Shown here in pieces: positions 17,155 to 27,094 of a stretch of 64,000 bases of DNA; the first letter of the stretch is position 1; every line of letters begins with the position of its first letter. The notes beneath the pieces were generated by a model. The model worked only from the letters and a program-made list of their open reading frames with translations. It searched no databases and had not been told where the DNA came from. The position numbers and the translations under genes were made by a program. Origin of the DNA: an uncultured Gemmatimonadales bacterium (GTDB taxonomy: Bacteria > Gemmatimonadota > Gemmatimonadetes > Longimicrobiales > Gaopeijiaceae); assembly GCA_963823035.1 (NCBI GenBank), contig CAWGKG010000015.1, positions 32,001 through 96,000 on the forward strand. The letters run 5' to 3'.

Positions 17155-18716
17155 CGTATGGGCTCCTTCTTGATGGGCTCTACGGGACTCCCCCGCCAGC
17201 GCTCCTCCCCCACGGCGTGGAAGACGCGGCGCGCGTGCTCGGGAATGCCGGCCACGGTGATCGCGATGCCTGCGGTGCGGATCTCCTCGAGCATCTCCAC
17301 GAGCGTCCAGGCGCCCGTGAGGTCGATGCGCCCCAGTCCCTGGCAGTGGATCACGATGCGCGACAGACCCCGCTCGCCGGCGAGGTGGCGGAGGAGCTCG
17401 TCTTCGAGCGCCGGGACGGACCCGAACCAGAGCACGCCTCTCGGCTCCACGTGCAGGATGTCCCCCTCCCGGTGCGCCGTGACGTCGAGCTGCACCTCGC
17501 GCCACAGGTGCACGGCGCCGGCCGTGAGGATGCCGAGGAGCACGGCGTGGTCCACGTGCGGGGCGAGGGCGAGCGTGAGCGTGAACGTCAACCAGCCGAT
17601 GAGCGCCTGCGGCCGGGAGAACGCCCACAGGCCGGCGAGCTCCCGGGGGCGGAAGAGGCTCCAGACGGCGGCGATCACGATCCCCGAGAGGACCGCGCGT
17701 GGCAGAGGGGAGAGCACGCTCGAGAACGGCATGAAGGCCAGGACGCCGATTCCGCTCACGAACCCGGTCCAACGGCTGCTCGCGCGCGTGAAGCGGGCGA
17801 GCGCGCTGCGCGCGAACGAGCCGCCGACGGGAAAGCCGCCGGAGAGGCCGGAGGCGAGGTTCGCCACCCCCTGGCTCAGGAACTCCCGGTCCGCGTCCCA
17901 GCGTTCGCGGTCCTCGGACGCGAAGGTGCGCGAGATCGAGGCGGCCTCCGAGAAGCCCACCAGCGCGATCACGATCCCGGGCAGCACCAGCGACGGCACC
18001 CTCGACCAGGGTAGGCTCAGCGAGAACGGCGGGAACCCGCTCGGGATCTCCCCCACGGTGGCGCCTTGATAGCCGCTCAGGACGGAGAAGAGCATGCCCC
18101 CCACCACCGCCACCAGGACGCCCGGGAAGAGGGGGTGCAGCTTCCGCCCACCCACGATCAGCGCCACCGTGGCGACGGCCAGCACCACGGCCGCGAGGTC
18201 CCACGACCCCGGGTGGGCGAGCGCGGAGAGCGCGGAGCCCAGCACGCCCACGCGAGGCTCGGTGCTGCCCAGCGCGCCCGGGATCTGCGACGCGAAGATG
18301 AGGATGGCGGCGCCGGACATGAATCCGGTGAGGAGAGGTCGCGACATCAGGTAGGAGAGCCAGCCGATGCGCAGCAGGCCCACCACGACGCGCACGCCGC
18401 CCACCACCAGCGCCAGGAGGGCGGCGAGCTTCACGTACTCCGGCGACCCGGCCGCGGCCATGGGGACGAGCGCGCCGAAGGTGAGGAGCGAGGTCGTCGC
18501 CACCGGCCCGGTCTGCAGGTACGGCGAGGAGGCGAACAGGGCGGCCACGATCGCCGGCAGCGCGCTCGCGTAGAGCCCGTAGTGGCTGGGTACGCCGGCC
18601 AGGTCCGCGTACGCCATCGACTGCGGGATGAGGATCACCGCCACGCTCAGCCCCGCCACGATGTCCTGCCGCGAGAAGCGGTGCTCGGGGGGTTGCCGCA
18701 AGGTCGGAAGGGTCAC
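17151..18716 (-). CDS. SulP family anion transporter with STAS domain
   Basis: DIVAGLSVAVILIPQSMAYADLAG, GLYAS, GGSFARSA; C-terminal STAS-like region. Confidence 0.92.
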   Translation of the reverse strand: MTLPTLRQPPEHRFSRQDIVAGLSVAVILIPQSMAYADLAGVPSHYGLYASALPAIVAALFASSPYLQTGPVATTSLLTFGALVPMAAAGSPEYVKLAALLALVVGGVRVVVGLLRIGWLSYLMSRPLLTGFMSGAAILIFASQIPGALGSTEPRVGVLGSALSALAHPGSWDLAAVVLAVATVALIVGGRKLHPLFPGVLVAVVGGMLFSVLSGYQGATVGEIPSGFPPFSLSLPWSRVPSLVLPGIVIALVGFSEAASISRTFASEDRERWDADREFLSQGVANLASGLSGGFPVGGSFARSALARFTRASSRWTGFVSGIGVLAFMPFSSVLSPLPRAVLSGIVIAAVWSLFRPRELAGLWAFSRPQALIGWLTFTLTLALAPHVDHAVLLGILTAGAVHLWREVQLDVTAHREGDILHVEPRGVLWFGSVPALEDELLRHLAGERGLSRIVIHCQGLGRIDLTGAWTLVEMLEEIRTAGIAITVAGIPEHARRVFHAVGEERWRGSPVEPIKKEPIR

Positions 18717-19628
18717 GACCCCTCCCCCACGCCGGCGTCGACGCGCATGGGCTCCACGGGAGGCTCCTCGGCCGCGAGCGCGCGCAGGAGCCGGGCGGTC
18801 GCACGCGCCCTGGAGGCCCAGAAGTGGGCGGACGGCCCGAGCAGAGAGGCGCGCGCGGCGTGCCCTTCGGCGCGTTCGGCCGCCTCCGCGCCCAACGCTT
18901 CGAGGACGGGCCGTGGCTCCTGGCCGAGGAGCTGCTCGAGCATCCAGCGTCGCTCCCCCATCCGGATGCCGACCCCGACCCCGCGGCCGAGGCGGGCGAG
19001 GTCGGCCCGCGTCAGGATGATCCCGACGCGCACCGGCGCGAACATCCCCGCGAGGAAGGGCGCGGCGCCGTCGACGCGCGGATCGGGAAGGCCCGGCGCC
19101 TCCCGCAGGTGGAGCGGCAGGGCGGCCGGGCGACGGCGCCGTGGCCAGCTCGCCGTCCAGAACACGCTGCAGCAGCCGGGCCCACGGGACGTAGAAGGAG
19201 CTTCCGCTCTCCGTCACCCGCTCGAGGAGGAAGGGCACCCAGGGCGCGAGGTGCTCGTGCAGGAGGGCCTCACGGGCGCGCCTCGCCAGGCGCGCTTCCG
19301 CGCCCGAGCGCTCCCCCTCCCCCTCCGCCAGCGCGGCGTACAGCCCCAGCAGCGCGCTCAGGTGGTCCGGCTCGTCCGGAGGGGGATGGCCCACGGCGGA
19401 CCAGAACCCGGCGACGCGGTCCCTCGCCTCGCCCCCCAGCATCCCCTCGGGCCCGAGATGCACCGAGGCGTACGGGTGGAGCCGCAGCACGAAGACGTCC
19501 GTGTGCTCGGCGGGCTCGGGTACGCCCTGCAGTCCGACCGCCCTCGCCAGCCCCGCGTGCTCCGCCACGGGTGGCTCGCACAGGGCCGCGAGGGCCCGCA
19601 GCAGCTCGACGGGAGGCGTGTCGGCCAT
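18713..19628 (-). CDS. TorD/DmsD family molybdoenzyme chaperone (frameshift near 19140)
   Basis: PYASV, EPDHL and EHLAPW motifs; C-terminal part continues in ORF 18713..19165. Confidence 0.8.
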
Positions 19629-19634
19629 CCGGGA

Positions 19635-22559
19635 TTATAGCATCGCCGGCTCGGTGCCGGAGGGCAGGCGGTACGCCTCCCGCTCGGGACGCACGGGGCG
19701 GAGGAGCCAGTAGGGACGACGCGTTCCATCGGGGGAGTAGCGGTCGGCGGGACGGGTCATCTCCAGCCACTTGTGATAGACGGCCTGGGCCCGCTCCCGG
19801 TCCACGTGGATGTCACCGTAGGCGTCGCCGGGGCGGGCGGGAGCCACGCGCACGGCCTGGTGCCAGCAGTGCGAGCCCGAGATCGGGTCCGGGTGCACCG
19901 CGTGCGTGAGGTTCTGGTGGACGCCCACGTCGGTCCACCAGATGCGCATCGTATCCGCGTCCGAGGACGCGAACGGTCCGACCCCCGCCTTGCGCCGCAG
20001 CCCCCACTCGGACGCCTCGTGCTCCAGGGCGACGGTGGCCATCCCCATGCGCTGCCCATCGTTGCCCTCGGGCTTCCAGCGGCCCATGTGGTGGCTGCAC
20101 GCCACCACGCCCGGTCGGATCCCCTCGGTGACCCACGCCTTGATCACGAAGTGGCCGATCTCCGTCTCGACGCGCACCAGGTCGCCGGTGGCGCCGATGC
20201 CCAGGCGCGCCGCGTCGGTCGGGTGGATCCACAGGGGGTTCGTGTGGGCGATCTCCTCCAGCCACTTGGCGTTGGCGCTGCGGGTGTGGACATGCACCGG
20301 GAGCCGGAACGTGGAGATCAGGCACATCTGGTCCCGGTCCAGGTTCTGCCGATGCACGTGGCTGCGCACGTAGCCGGGGAGGGCCAGCTCGGGCCACCCC
20401 CAGTCGTGCAGCGTGCGCGACCAGAACTCGAGCCGCCCCGTGGGCGTCGGGAAGCCGCGCAGGATCTCTCCGTCCACGCGCACCCCGACGCGGCGGCGCC
20501 CCTCCGCGTCCCCCTCCATGGGAGGCAGGGGCACCACGTTCGGGGACGGGGGCTTCGGGGCGTGACTGTACACCCGCCCCGTCCCGTCCACGCGCACGTC
20601 GTCGAGCTCCGCGTCCGGAACGCGCTCCTCGTGCACGGCGCCGACGCCGCGCGCCACCTCGAACGCCCCGTAGCGCCGCATGTACTCCAGCGGCGTGACG
20701 CCCTCCGCCGCGGCCGCCGCGGGAAGACCGGGCACGGAGTGCTCGAACATCCAGCCGTAGTACTCGTCGAGGCCGATCTTCTCCCCGGGCCGCTGGCGCG
20801 ATTCGAAGAAGCTCCGGATTCCCAACGCCCCGTCCGGATCGATCCGCCAGGTGAGCTCGATCCAGAACTCGTTCTCCTCCCACACCTCCCCGGGGTTGAC
20901 CTCGCGGGTGTCACGGATCGTCTCACCCAGGCGCGTGCGCGCCGCGCGCAGCACCGGCTGGCGGAAGCCGATCCACTGTCCGTCGTACTGCTCGTAGGAC
21001 GTCAGGTCGTGGCGCTCCGTGGAGTGTCCCATCGGCAGGACGTAGTCCGCGAAGAAGGCGCTCTCGCTCCAGGTGGGCGTCATCGCCACGTGCAGGCCGA
21101 TGCGCTCGGGGTCGGTGAGCATCTCGATCCACCCGAAGCCGTCCGGGTTCGTCCACACGGGGTTGTAGACGCGGGTGAAGTACACGTCCACGTAGCCGCC
21201 CCGCTCCTTCGTCAGGTAGGGGAGGAGGAACGACATCTCCATGAGCGCGAGCGGGTACTCGCGCGGCCAGGTCATCTCGTTCCAGGTCGCGGGGTGTCGC
21301 GCCGGGAGGTGGATGGGCCGCGGAACGAACTTGTTCCATGCGTTGGGGAAGGTCCCGCCCTCCGTGGCGATCGCGCCGAGGAGCGCGTTCAGCAGGAAGA
21401 GCGTCCGCGACACCTGCCATCCACCCAGGTTGCCCGCCGCCGCGCTCCGCCAGTTGTGGGTGGCCAGACGGGTTCCCGCGGAGGCCACGAGCGCGGCCAC
21501 CTCACGCAGCACGCCGGCGTCGATCCCGGACTCCGCCGCCGCGAAGTCGAAGGTGTGCTCCGCGTACACCTCCTCGAGCGCGGCCTCGAAGTCCTCGAAC
21601 GTCGCGTCCGGCCGGCCGTGGACCGCCTCCATGTAGTCCGCCCAGTTCCACCACCGCCGCACGAAGTCCCGGTCGTAGCGGCGCTCACGGATCATCCACG
21701 CCGCAATCGCGAGGAAGATGGCCGGCTCGGAGCCCGGGTAGGGCGACAGCCAGTGGTCGGCGTGCGTGGCCGTGTTCGACAGGCGGATGTCGAGCACGAT
21801 CAGCTTGGCGCCCCCCTTCTTCGCCTCGATGATGCGCTGCGCGTGCGGGTTGAAGTAGTGCCCGGCCTCCAGGTGGCTGCTCACCAGGAGCATGACCTTC
21901 GCGTTCGCGTGGTCGGGGCTGGGCCGGTCCATCCCCATCCAGAAGTGGTAGCCGGCGCGCGCGCCGCTCGAGCAGATGTTCGTGTGCGAGTTGTGCCCGT
22001 CGACGCCCCAGGCGGCCATGACCCGTTCCGTGAAGCCGTCCTCGCCGGGTCGACCCACGTGGTACATGACCTCGCGGTGGCGCCCCTCGTCCATCGCGGC
22101 GCGAATCCGTCCGGCGATGTCGTCGAGCGCCTCGTCCCAGGTCACGCGCGCCCACTTCCCCTCCCCGCGCGCACCCACCCGCTTGAGGGGGTGCAGGATG
22201 CGGTCGGGGTCCGTGATCTGGTTCACGGTGGCCGGGCCCTTGGCGCAGTTCCGCCCCCGCGACCCGGGGTGCTCGGGATTCCCCTCGACCTTGCGGACCT
22301 GGAGGGAGTCCCGGTCCACGTACGCGAGCAGGCCGCACGCCGACTCGCAGTTGAAGCAGGTGGTCGGCACCAGCATGTAGCGCTTCTCGACCCGACGCGG
22401 CCACGCCTTCGAGTCCAGCTCGACCCAGTCGTTCCAGCGTTCGCGCGGCGGGAAGGCGGCCAGGTGGACCCGGCTCGCACCCGGGTAGAAGGTCTCGCCG
22501 CGCGCCTCGGTCTCGGCGCGGGCGGCGGATACGCGCCGGTTCAGCTCGTTCACGTCCAT
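19635..22559 (-). CDS. Molybdopterin (bis-MGD) oxidoreductase catalytic subunit, no Tat signal
   Basis: CFNCESAC...CAKG Fe-S motif, NSHTNICS, ADYVLP, WIHPTDAARLGI, GIRPGVV. Confidence 0.92.
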   Translation of the reverse strand: MDVNELNRRVSAARAETEARGETFYPGASRVHLAAFPPRERWNDWVELDSKAWPRRVEKRYMLVPTTCFNCESACGLLAYVDRDSLQVRKVEGNPEHPGSRGRNCAKGPATVNQITDPDRILHPLKRVGARGEGKWARVTWDEALDDIAGRIRAAMDEGRHREVMYHVGRPGEDGFTERVMAAWGVDGHNSHTNICSSGARAGYHFWMGMDRPSPDHANAKVMLLVSSHLEAGHYFNPHAQRIIEAKKGGAKLIVLDIRLSNTATHADHWLSPYPGSEPAIFLAIAAWMIRERRYDRDFVRRWWNWADYMEAVHGRPDATFEDFEAALEEVYAEHTFDFAAAESGIDAGVLREVAALVASAGTRLATHNWRSAAAGNLGGWQVSRTLFLLNALLGAIATEGGTFPNAWNKFVPRPIHLPARHPATWNEMTWPREYPLALMEMSFLLPYLTKERGGYVDVYFTRVYNPVWTNPDGFGWIEMLTDPERIGLHVAMTPTWSESAFFADYVLPMGHSTERHDLTSYEQYDGQWIGFRQPVLRAARTRLGETIRDTREVNPGEVWEENEFWIELTWRIDPDGALGIRSFFESRQRPGEKIGLDEYYGWMFEHSVPGLPAAAAAEGVTPLEYMRRYGAFEVARGVGAVHEERVPDAELDDVRVDGTGRVYSHAPKPPSPNVVPLPPMEGDAEGRRRVGVRVDGEILRGFPTPTGRLEFWSRTLHDWGWPELALPGYVRSHVHRQNLDRDQMCLISTFRLPVHVHTRSANAKWLEEIAHTNPLWIHPTDAARLGIGATGDLVRVETEIGHFVIKAWVTEGIRPGVVACSHHMGRWKPEGNDGQRMGMATVALEHEASEWGLRRKAGVGPFASSDADTMRIWWTDVGVHQNLTHAVHPDPISGSHCWHQAVRVAPARPGDAYGDIHVDRERAQAVYHKWLEMTRPADRYSPDGTRRPYWLLRPVRPEREAYRLPSGTEPAML

Positions 22560-22572
22560 GGCCGGGCCTCCC

Positions 22573-24108
22573 TCACGCCAGGGGGACGGATTGGCCCGCC
22601 TGAACGTAGGCGTGCTCGTACGCGAAGAGGGCGGCGAGGCCCGCGAGGGCGCCGCTCACCGGCTCGGCCGGGGCGACCACGATCGCGAGCCCCGCGAGGA
22701 TGACGCCGGCCCAGAAGAACGGCGCCCACCGCCCCCGCATCATCGCCCGCGCGGCGAGCGCGGCGTGCTCCGTGGGGTGGCCGACGGTGGCCTCGCCGAA
22801 CGCGAAGGCGAGGTGCAGCACCAGCGCCAGGCCGAAGAAGGACACGACGGGGGCGCGCGCGGGCCCTTCACCGACGATCAGAAGGAGGACCGCGCCCCCG
22901 GCCGCGAAGGCCTGGATCAGCAGGTGCGGCGCGAGCATCGGGCTCTGCCACAGGTCGCGGGCGCGGGCCTGAGCGAACAGGTAGGCGGTGTAGATCGACG
23001 TCATCGCGGCCAACGGGCCGCCGATCCATCCCAGGCGTGGCGCGAGGTCCGCCCTCCCGGTGAGGGCGAGCCCGAGGTGGCCGGCGAGGAGCGTGCCGTA
23101 CGCGGTCAGGATGAACCCGCCGCGCACGAGCCAGCTCCGCCACTGCGGTCGCAGCAGCACCATCCAGAAGCGCTCCGGGTGCTCCAGGTCCCACACCAGC
23201 ACGCCGCCCGTGGCGACCAACGCGAGGAGCGCCACGACCGGAGCGGTGATCGCCCACGCCCGGGACGTCCAGGGAAGCAGCCCCAGCACGGCCAGCAGGA
23301 GCGGCATGAGATACGCCCCCGCGGCCACGGACTTGGTGAAGGTGTAGAGGCTCACCCTCCAGTCCCACGGCGCGCGGTGCGGCACGTCGTAGGAGACCAC
23401 GGCGGCCGCCGAGCTGTTCCAGGGACCCGGGTGGCCCGCGGGAACCTGATGCTTCAGGGCGCCCTGCTCCCCCCAGAGGAAGAGGCCCCCGTCGGGACGG
23501 CGCGCCGCCAGCGGATCGAGCGTCACCTGGTCGGCGCCCTTGTAGAACAGCTTGGGTCGGGTCCCCTTCTCCGGCCTGCGGACGGTGACGGCGTCCCGGT
23601 GGATGATCGCGGACACCGCGGAGAGGGGATCGTCCATGTCCCCGACCATGAGCGCCTGCGTGGGGCAGACGACCACGCACGCGGGCTCGAGGCCCACGTC
23701 CAGCCGGTGCGCGCAGAAGTTGCACTTCTCGGCCGAGTGGTCCTCGGGATTGATGAAGATCGCGTCGTAGGGGCACGCCGCGATGCACGCCTTGCACCCG
23801 ATGCAGATCGACTTGTCGAAGTCCACGATGCCGTCCGGCCGCTTGTGCATCGCCGCGGTCGGGCAGGCGGTCACGCACGGCGCGTCCTCGCACTGGTTGC
23901 AGCGCGTGACCTGGAAGGAGCGTCGCGCCTGCGGGAAGGCACCCGTGTCCACGTACTTCACGTAGGTGCGGGTGACCGAAAGCGGGACCTCGTTCTCGGA
24001 CTTGCAGGCCGTGGTGCAGGCGTGGCAGCCGATGCAGCGGGTGTGATCCACGACCTTCGCCCACCGGGGCGCGGTCGGGGCCTTCGGGGCGGTGGAGGTC
24101 GGGGGCAT
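22573..24108 (-). CDS. Fused 4Fe-4S dicluster (PsrB/NrfC-like) and NrfD/PsrC membrane anchor
   Basis: CIGCHACTTAC, CNQCEDAPCVTACP, CIGCKACIAACP, KCNFC, then DLEHPERF...SWLVRG and about eight TMs. Confidence 0.92.
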   Translation of the reverse strand: MPPTSTAPKAPTAPRWAKVVDHTRCIGCHACTTACKSENEVPLSVTRTYVKYVDTGAFPQARRSFQVTRCNQCEDAPCVTACPTAAMHKRPDGIVDFDKSICIGCKACIAACPYDAIFINPEDHSAEKCNFCAHRLDVGLEPACVVVCPTQALMVGDMDDPLSAVSAIIHRDAVTVRRPEKGTRPKLFYKGADQVTLDPLAARRPDGGLFLWGEQGALKHQVPAGHPGPWNSSAAAVVSYDVPHRAPWDWRVSLYTFTKSVAAGAYLMPLLLAVLGLLPWTSRAWAITAPVVALLALVATGGVLVWDLEHPERFWMVLLRPQWRSWLVRGGFILTAYGTLLAGHLGLALTGRADLAPRLGWIGGPLAAMTSIYTAYLFAQARARDLWQSPMLAPHLLIQAFAAGGAVLLLIVGEGPARAPVVSFFGLALVLHLAFAFGEATVGHPTEHAALAARAMMRGRWAPFFWAGVILAGLAIVVAPAEPVSGALAGLAALFAYEHAYVQAGQSVPLA

Positions 24109-24207
24109 CGCGAGAGGGTCGCGGTGGAGCGGGCAGAGGACGGCGCCAACCTATCGCCTGCGCCGATCCGGCGATACCGCCCGCCGGCCGCGCCGCGCCC
24201 GGGAGAT

Positions 24208-25564
24208 TCAGCCCCGCGGCGCGAGCCCTCGGAGTCCCTCCACGAGCCACTCGGGAATCCGCGCCCGATCGCGCGGCGAGGTCCCGTCCGCCCCGTGCAG
24301 GGCCGTCGAGCAGGCGATCGAGCGCGGCGTCCAGCCGCGCCTGCGCCTCCGGGTCGATGCCGGCGGCCTCGATCACCGGATCGGCGGAGACGCGCGGGCC
24401 GCGGATCGGCTCGTAGCTGATGCGCCCCTCGAGCTCGACGACCAGGTCGTGCAGCGCGAGCGCCGACTCAGCGAGCTCCCGAACGCGGGCGTAGTGCTCC
24501 AGCCGCTCGGGCCTCGACGAGGAGAAGTCCTCGAGCGCGGTGGCCATCCGCAGCGAACGCAACGGCCCGGACATCCCCGCCTCCGTCGCGGCCGTCAGGT
24601 AGGCCTCCCGGTAGAGCGCGGCCTCCTGCGCCTGCGCGGCGTCCACGTAGGCTTCGTAGCGCTCCCAGTACGGGCGCACCTCCGGGTAGGACGAGGGATC
24701 GGCCAGGTAGGCGCCCTCGAGCCACGCGTCCGGTACCGGCCCCGGAGCCGTCTCCGTCCCGAGCGCGTCCACGCGCTCGACGAAGCCCTCGTAGGCGTCC
24801 TGCCGGATCTGCTCCTCCGTGCGCGTCACGGTCCGAGGGGCACGGACCCGCTCGACGCCCGTCGCGTTCTCCGCGTCCGCCTCGTCGGTACCGAGCGCCG
24901 GGCGCCCCACGCGCGCGAAGACCACGGCCGCGCCGATCAGGACCACGAAGAGCGCGACCACGCCTATCCGGTTCGGCCGGGCCGGCGTGAGCTTGCGCTG
25001 GGGAGGCGCGAAGCGAGGGCGTCCGAAGGGGCCTTCGTGGCTCACGCGCTCGGGGCCACGGAGCACCTCGCTCGACTGGGCGGTCACGAGCGGCAGGTCG
25101 TGCCCGTGCCGGTTCGACGCCGCCGCGTCGTAGCGGCGCTCCTCCTCCATCTTCAGGATGAAGGCGCGCTGTGCTTCCTCCGGCGTTTCCTCGGGGGTCG
25201 GCGCGAGATCCAGCTCGATCTCGTCGGTCGGCGGCGTCCTGGGCGCGCTTCCCGACTCCGTTCCGGGCGCCTCGGCCGTCGCACCCGCCGCGAGGTCCTC
25301 GGCGTCGCCCTCCTCGTCGCCCGCGCGCGCCTCCTCGGCGATGCGTCGGGAGAGGCGCTCGGCGTCGGGGTGCGTGACCAGCGGATCGCGGAAGAGCGCG
25401 ACCATCGGATGGACCTCCGCGCGGGTCCATGCGCCCGTCAGGGCATCGAAGACCTCGTCCTCGGGCCGGACCACGCCGGACCGGACGAGCTCCGCGAAGG
25501 TGTCCATCGTGCGCGGCTCGAGCAGCCGGCCGTCGTGCGTCCGTATCCGGAAACGACCATCCAT
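24208..25564 (-). CDS. Hypothetical bitopic membrane protein (frameshift near 24303)
   Basis: Coding-like N-terminal half of ORF 22868..25876 from ATG 25564, with one central TM. Removing one G gives ...LDALHG...IPEWLVEGLRGLAPRG*. Confidence 0.65.
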
Positions 25565-25910
25565 CCTACGTGCAGCCCTCTCCCCATCGACCCCGAACCG
25601 TCCGGTCCCACCTGGGAACGACGGCCCGCCGGCTGCATGCCGGAGGACCGAGACGACCGGATGTGTCGGAGACGCCCGCCCTGGTGTTCGCCGGCCAGGA
25701 AGATGGTCTTCCCTACGCGGCCACCGACCCGGTGGGTCGGGCGGACCGGCGTCCCGAAGGGAGGGGAGGACGCGGAGCGGACACGTCTTCCCTCGTATCA
25801 ACGGTAGACCCGTCCAGCGCCGGGACGCAAGGAGATCGGGGGCCGCGTGGCAGGGTTCGTTCGGGCGCCGGAACATCCGTTCCCGCCCTCCCCGGCGGGG
25901 CCGGCGGAGG

Positions 25911-26381
25911 TCACGGGCCCACCCGCGCCCGCGCCCGCTCCACCTGCTCGATGAGCGACGCGCTGAAGACCTCCTTGTTCGCCTCGAACCAGACGACCCA
26001 CGACGGCGTGCGGCGCAGGTGGTCCTCCAGCGTCCGCTCGTAGCTCTCCCACATCTGTCGGTCGAGAGCGCCGACCCGGTGCTGGTAGACCAGGTTGCCG
26101 AAGTGACGGAACACCGCCGTCATGTACGCGTCCCACCGAACGCGCTCCTCGGGGGACAGCACCTCCGGGTTCGCCTGGGCACGGTGGAGGAACGCTGCGA
26201 ACTCCGAGTCCCGGAAGGAGTGCTCCAGGAGCGTGATGCTGTTCTGCACCATGGAGTTGAACGACGCCGCGCGCACCGACGTCGTGTTCTGCTGCATCTG
26301 CTGCGCGAGGTAGACCAGAGAGACGACGACGCCGAGGGCGCCGACGAACTCACCGAGGTTTCCGAGGGCCTGGAGGGTCAC
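25911..26381 (-). CDS. Hypothetical protein with N-terminal TM helix
   Basis: MTLQALGNLGEFVGALGVVVSLVYLAQQ, a recurrent conserved-hypothetical N-terminus. Confidence 0.7.
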   Translation of the reverse strand: MTLQALGNLGEFVGALGVVVSLVYLAQQMQQNTTSVRAASFNSMVQNSITLLEHSFRDSEFAAFLHRAQANPEVLSPEERVRWDAYMTAVFRHFGNLVYQHRVGALDRQMWESYERTLEDHLRRTPSWVVWFEANKEVFSASLIEQVERARARVGP

Positions 26382-26806
26382 TTGGCTGAACACGCGGGTG
26401 CCGGAGGTGCGTGGGAGGGTCTCGATCCGGGGTCGGTCCCTGCTGCGCTTCGTCGGCGGGGCGTACGGAGGTCTCCGGATCGATCGAGGAAGAAAGATAC
26501 TGAACGTACGTCCGGAGACGAGCACCCTCGGAACGCTCCCTGGTGCGGCGCAGGCGGCCCATCACCGCTCCCACGTGGAAGGAGGAGCCCAGGAGCAGAA
26601 GGACTGCGCCGAGGATCGCACCGAGGCCGATCGGGGCGCTGGGGGGGCCGGACACGGCGAGCGCCAGGAGGACGAACCCGCCGACGACCTCCGCCAGCGG
26701 GAGGATCGGGACGCCCAGGCCCACGCGGCGCGACCGCCCTCGCCTTCACGGCCCCGGAGACGAGGAGAAGGATCGCGGTGATCACGAGGAGCGGCGTCAC
26801 GTGCAT
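26350..26806 (-). CDS. Hypothetical membrane protein (frameshift near 26725)
   Basis: ATG 26806 after GGAGG; the hydrophobic N-terminus joins ORF 26350..26724. Confidence 0.55.
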
Positions 26807-26821
26807 GGGTGCCTCCGCTTC

Positions 26822-27032
26822 TCAGCCGAGCAGCTCGTCGACGAGAAAGAGGTCGGTGAGCAGCGCGCGCAGGTGCACGTTCGCGTTCAGGTTGTCGATC
26901 AACTGCGAGCTGATGGACGGCTGCGCCGCGACCAGGCGCACCGCCGCGTGGCGCGCGGGCGTCGCCGTCGATCATGTCGATCACCTCTCCCCACCGTTCG
27001 GCGGGCTCGAGGCAACATAAGAGCCGGCCCAA
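26822..27032 (-). CDS. Small hypothetical protein (frameshifted, start uncertain)
   Basis: Manual translation ...HAAVRLVAAQPSISSQLIDNLNANVHLRALLTDLFLVDELLG*, with strong GC3 codon bias. Confidence 0.5.
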
Positions 27033-27094
27033 ACGGGCGCGAGCGAACCACGGGAGGCTGGACCGGGCCCACGGGAATCGACACTTTGGAAACC

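Noticed and set aside
17151..19628. Apparent TorD-SulP fusion (825 aa)
   Set aside because: A frameshift near 19140 explains it; the true TorD stop overlaps a GTG SulP start.
19773..22703. Long antisense or alternate-frame ORFs (this 976-aa ORF, 22868..25876, 43057..45024 and others)
   Set aside because: Arg/Pro/Gly-rich shadow ORFs expected at this GC content, overlapping well-supported genes.
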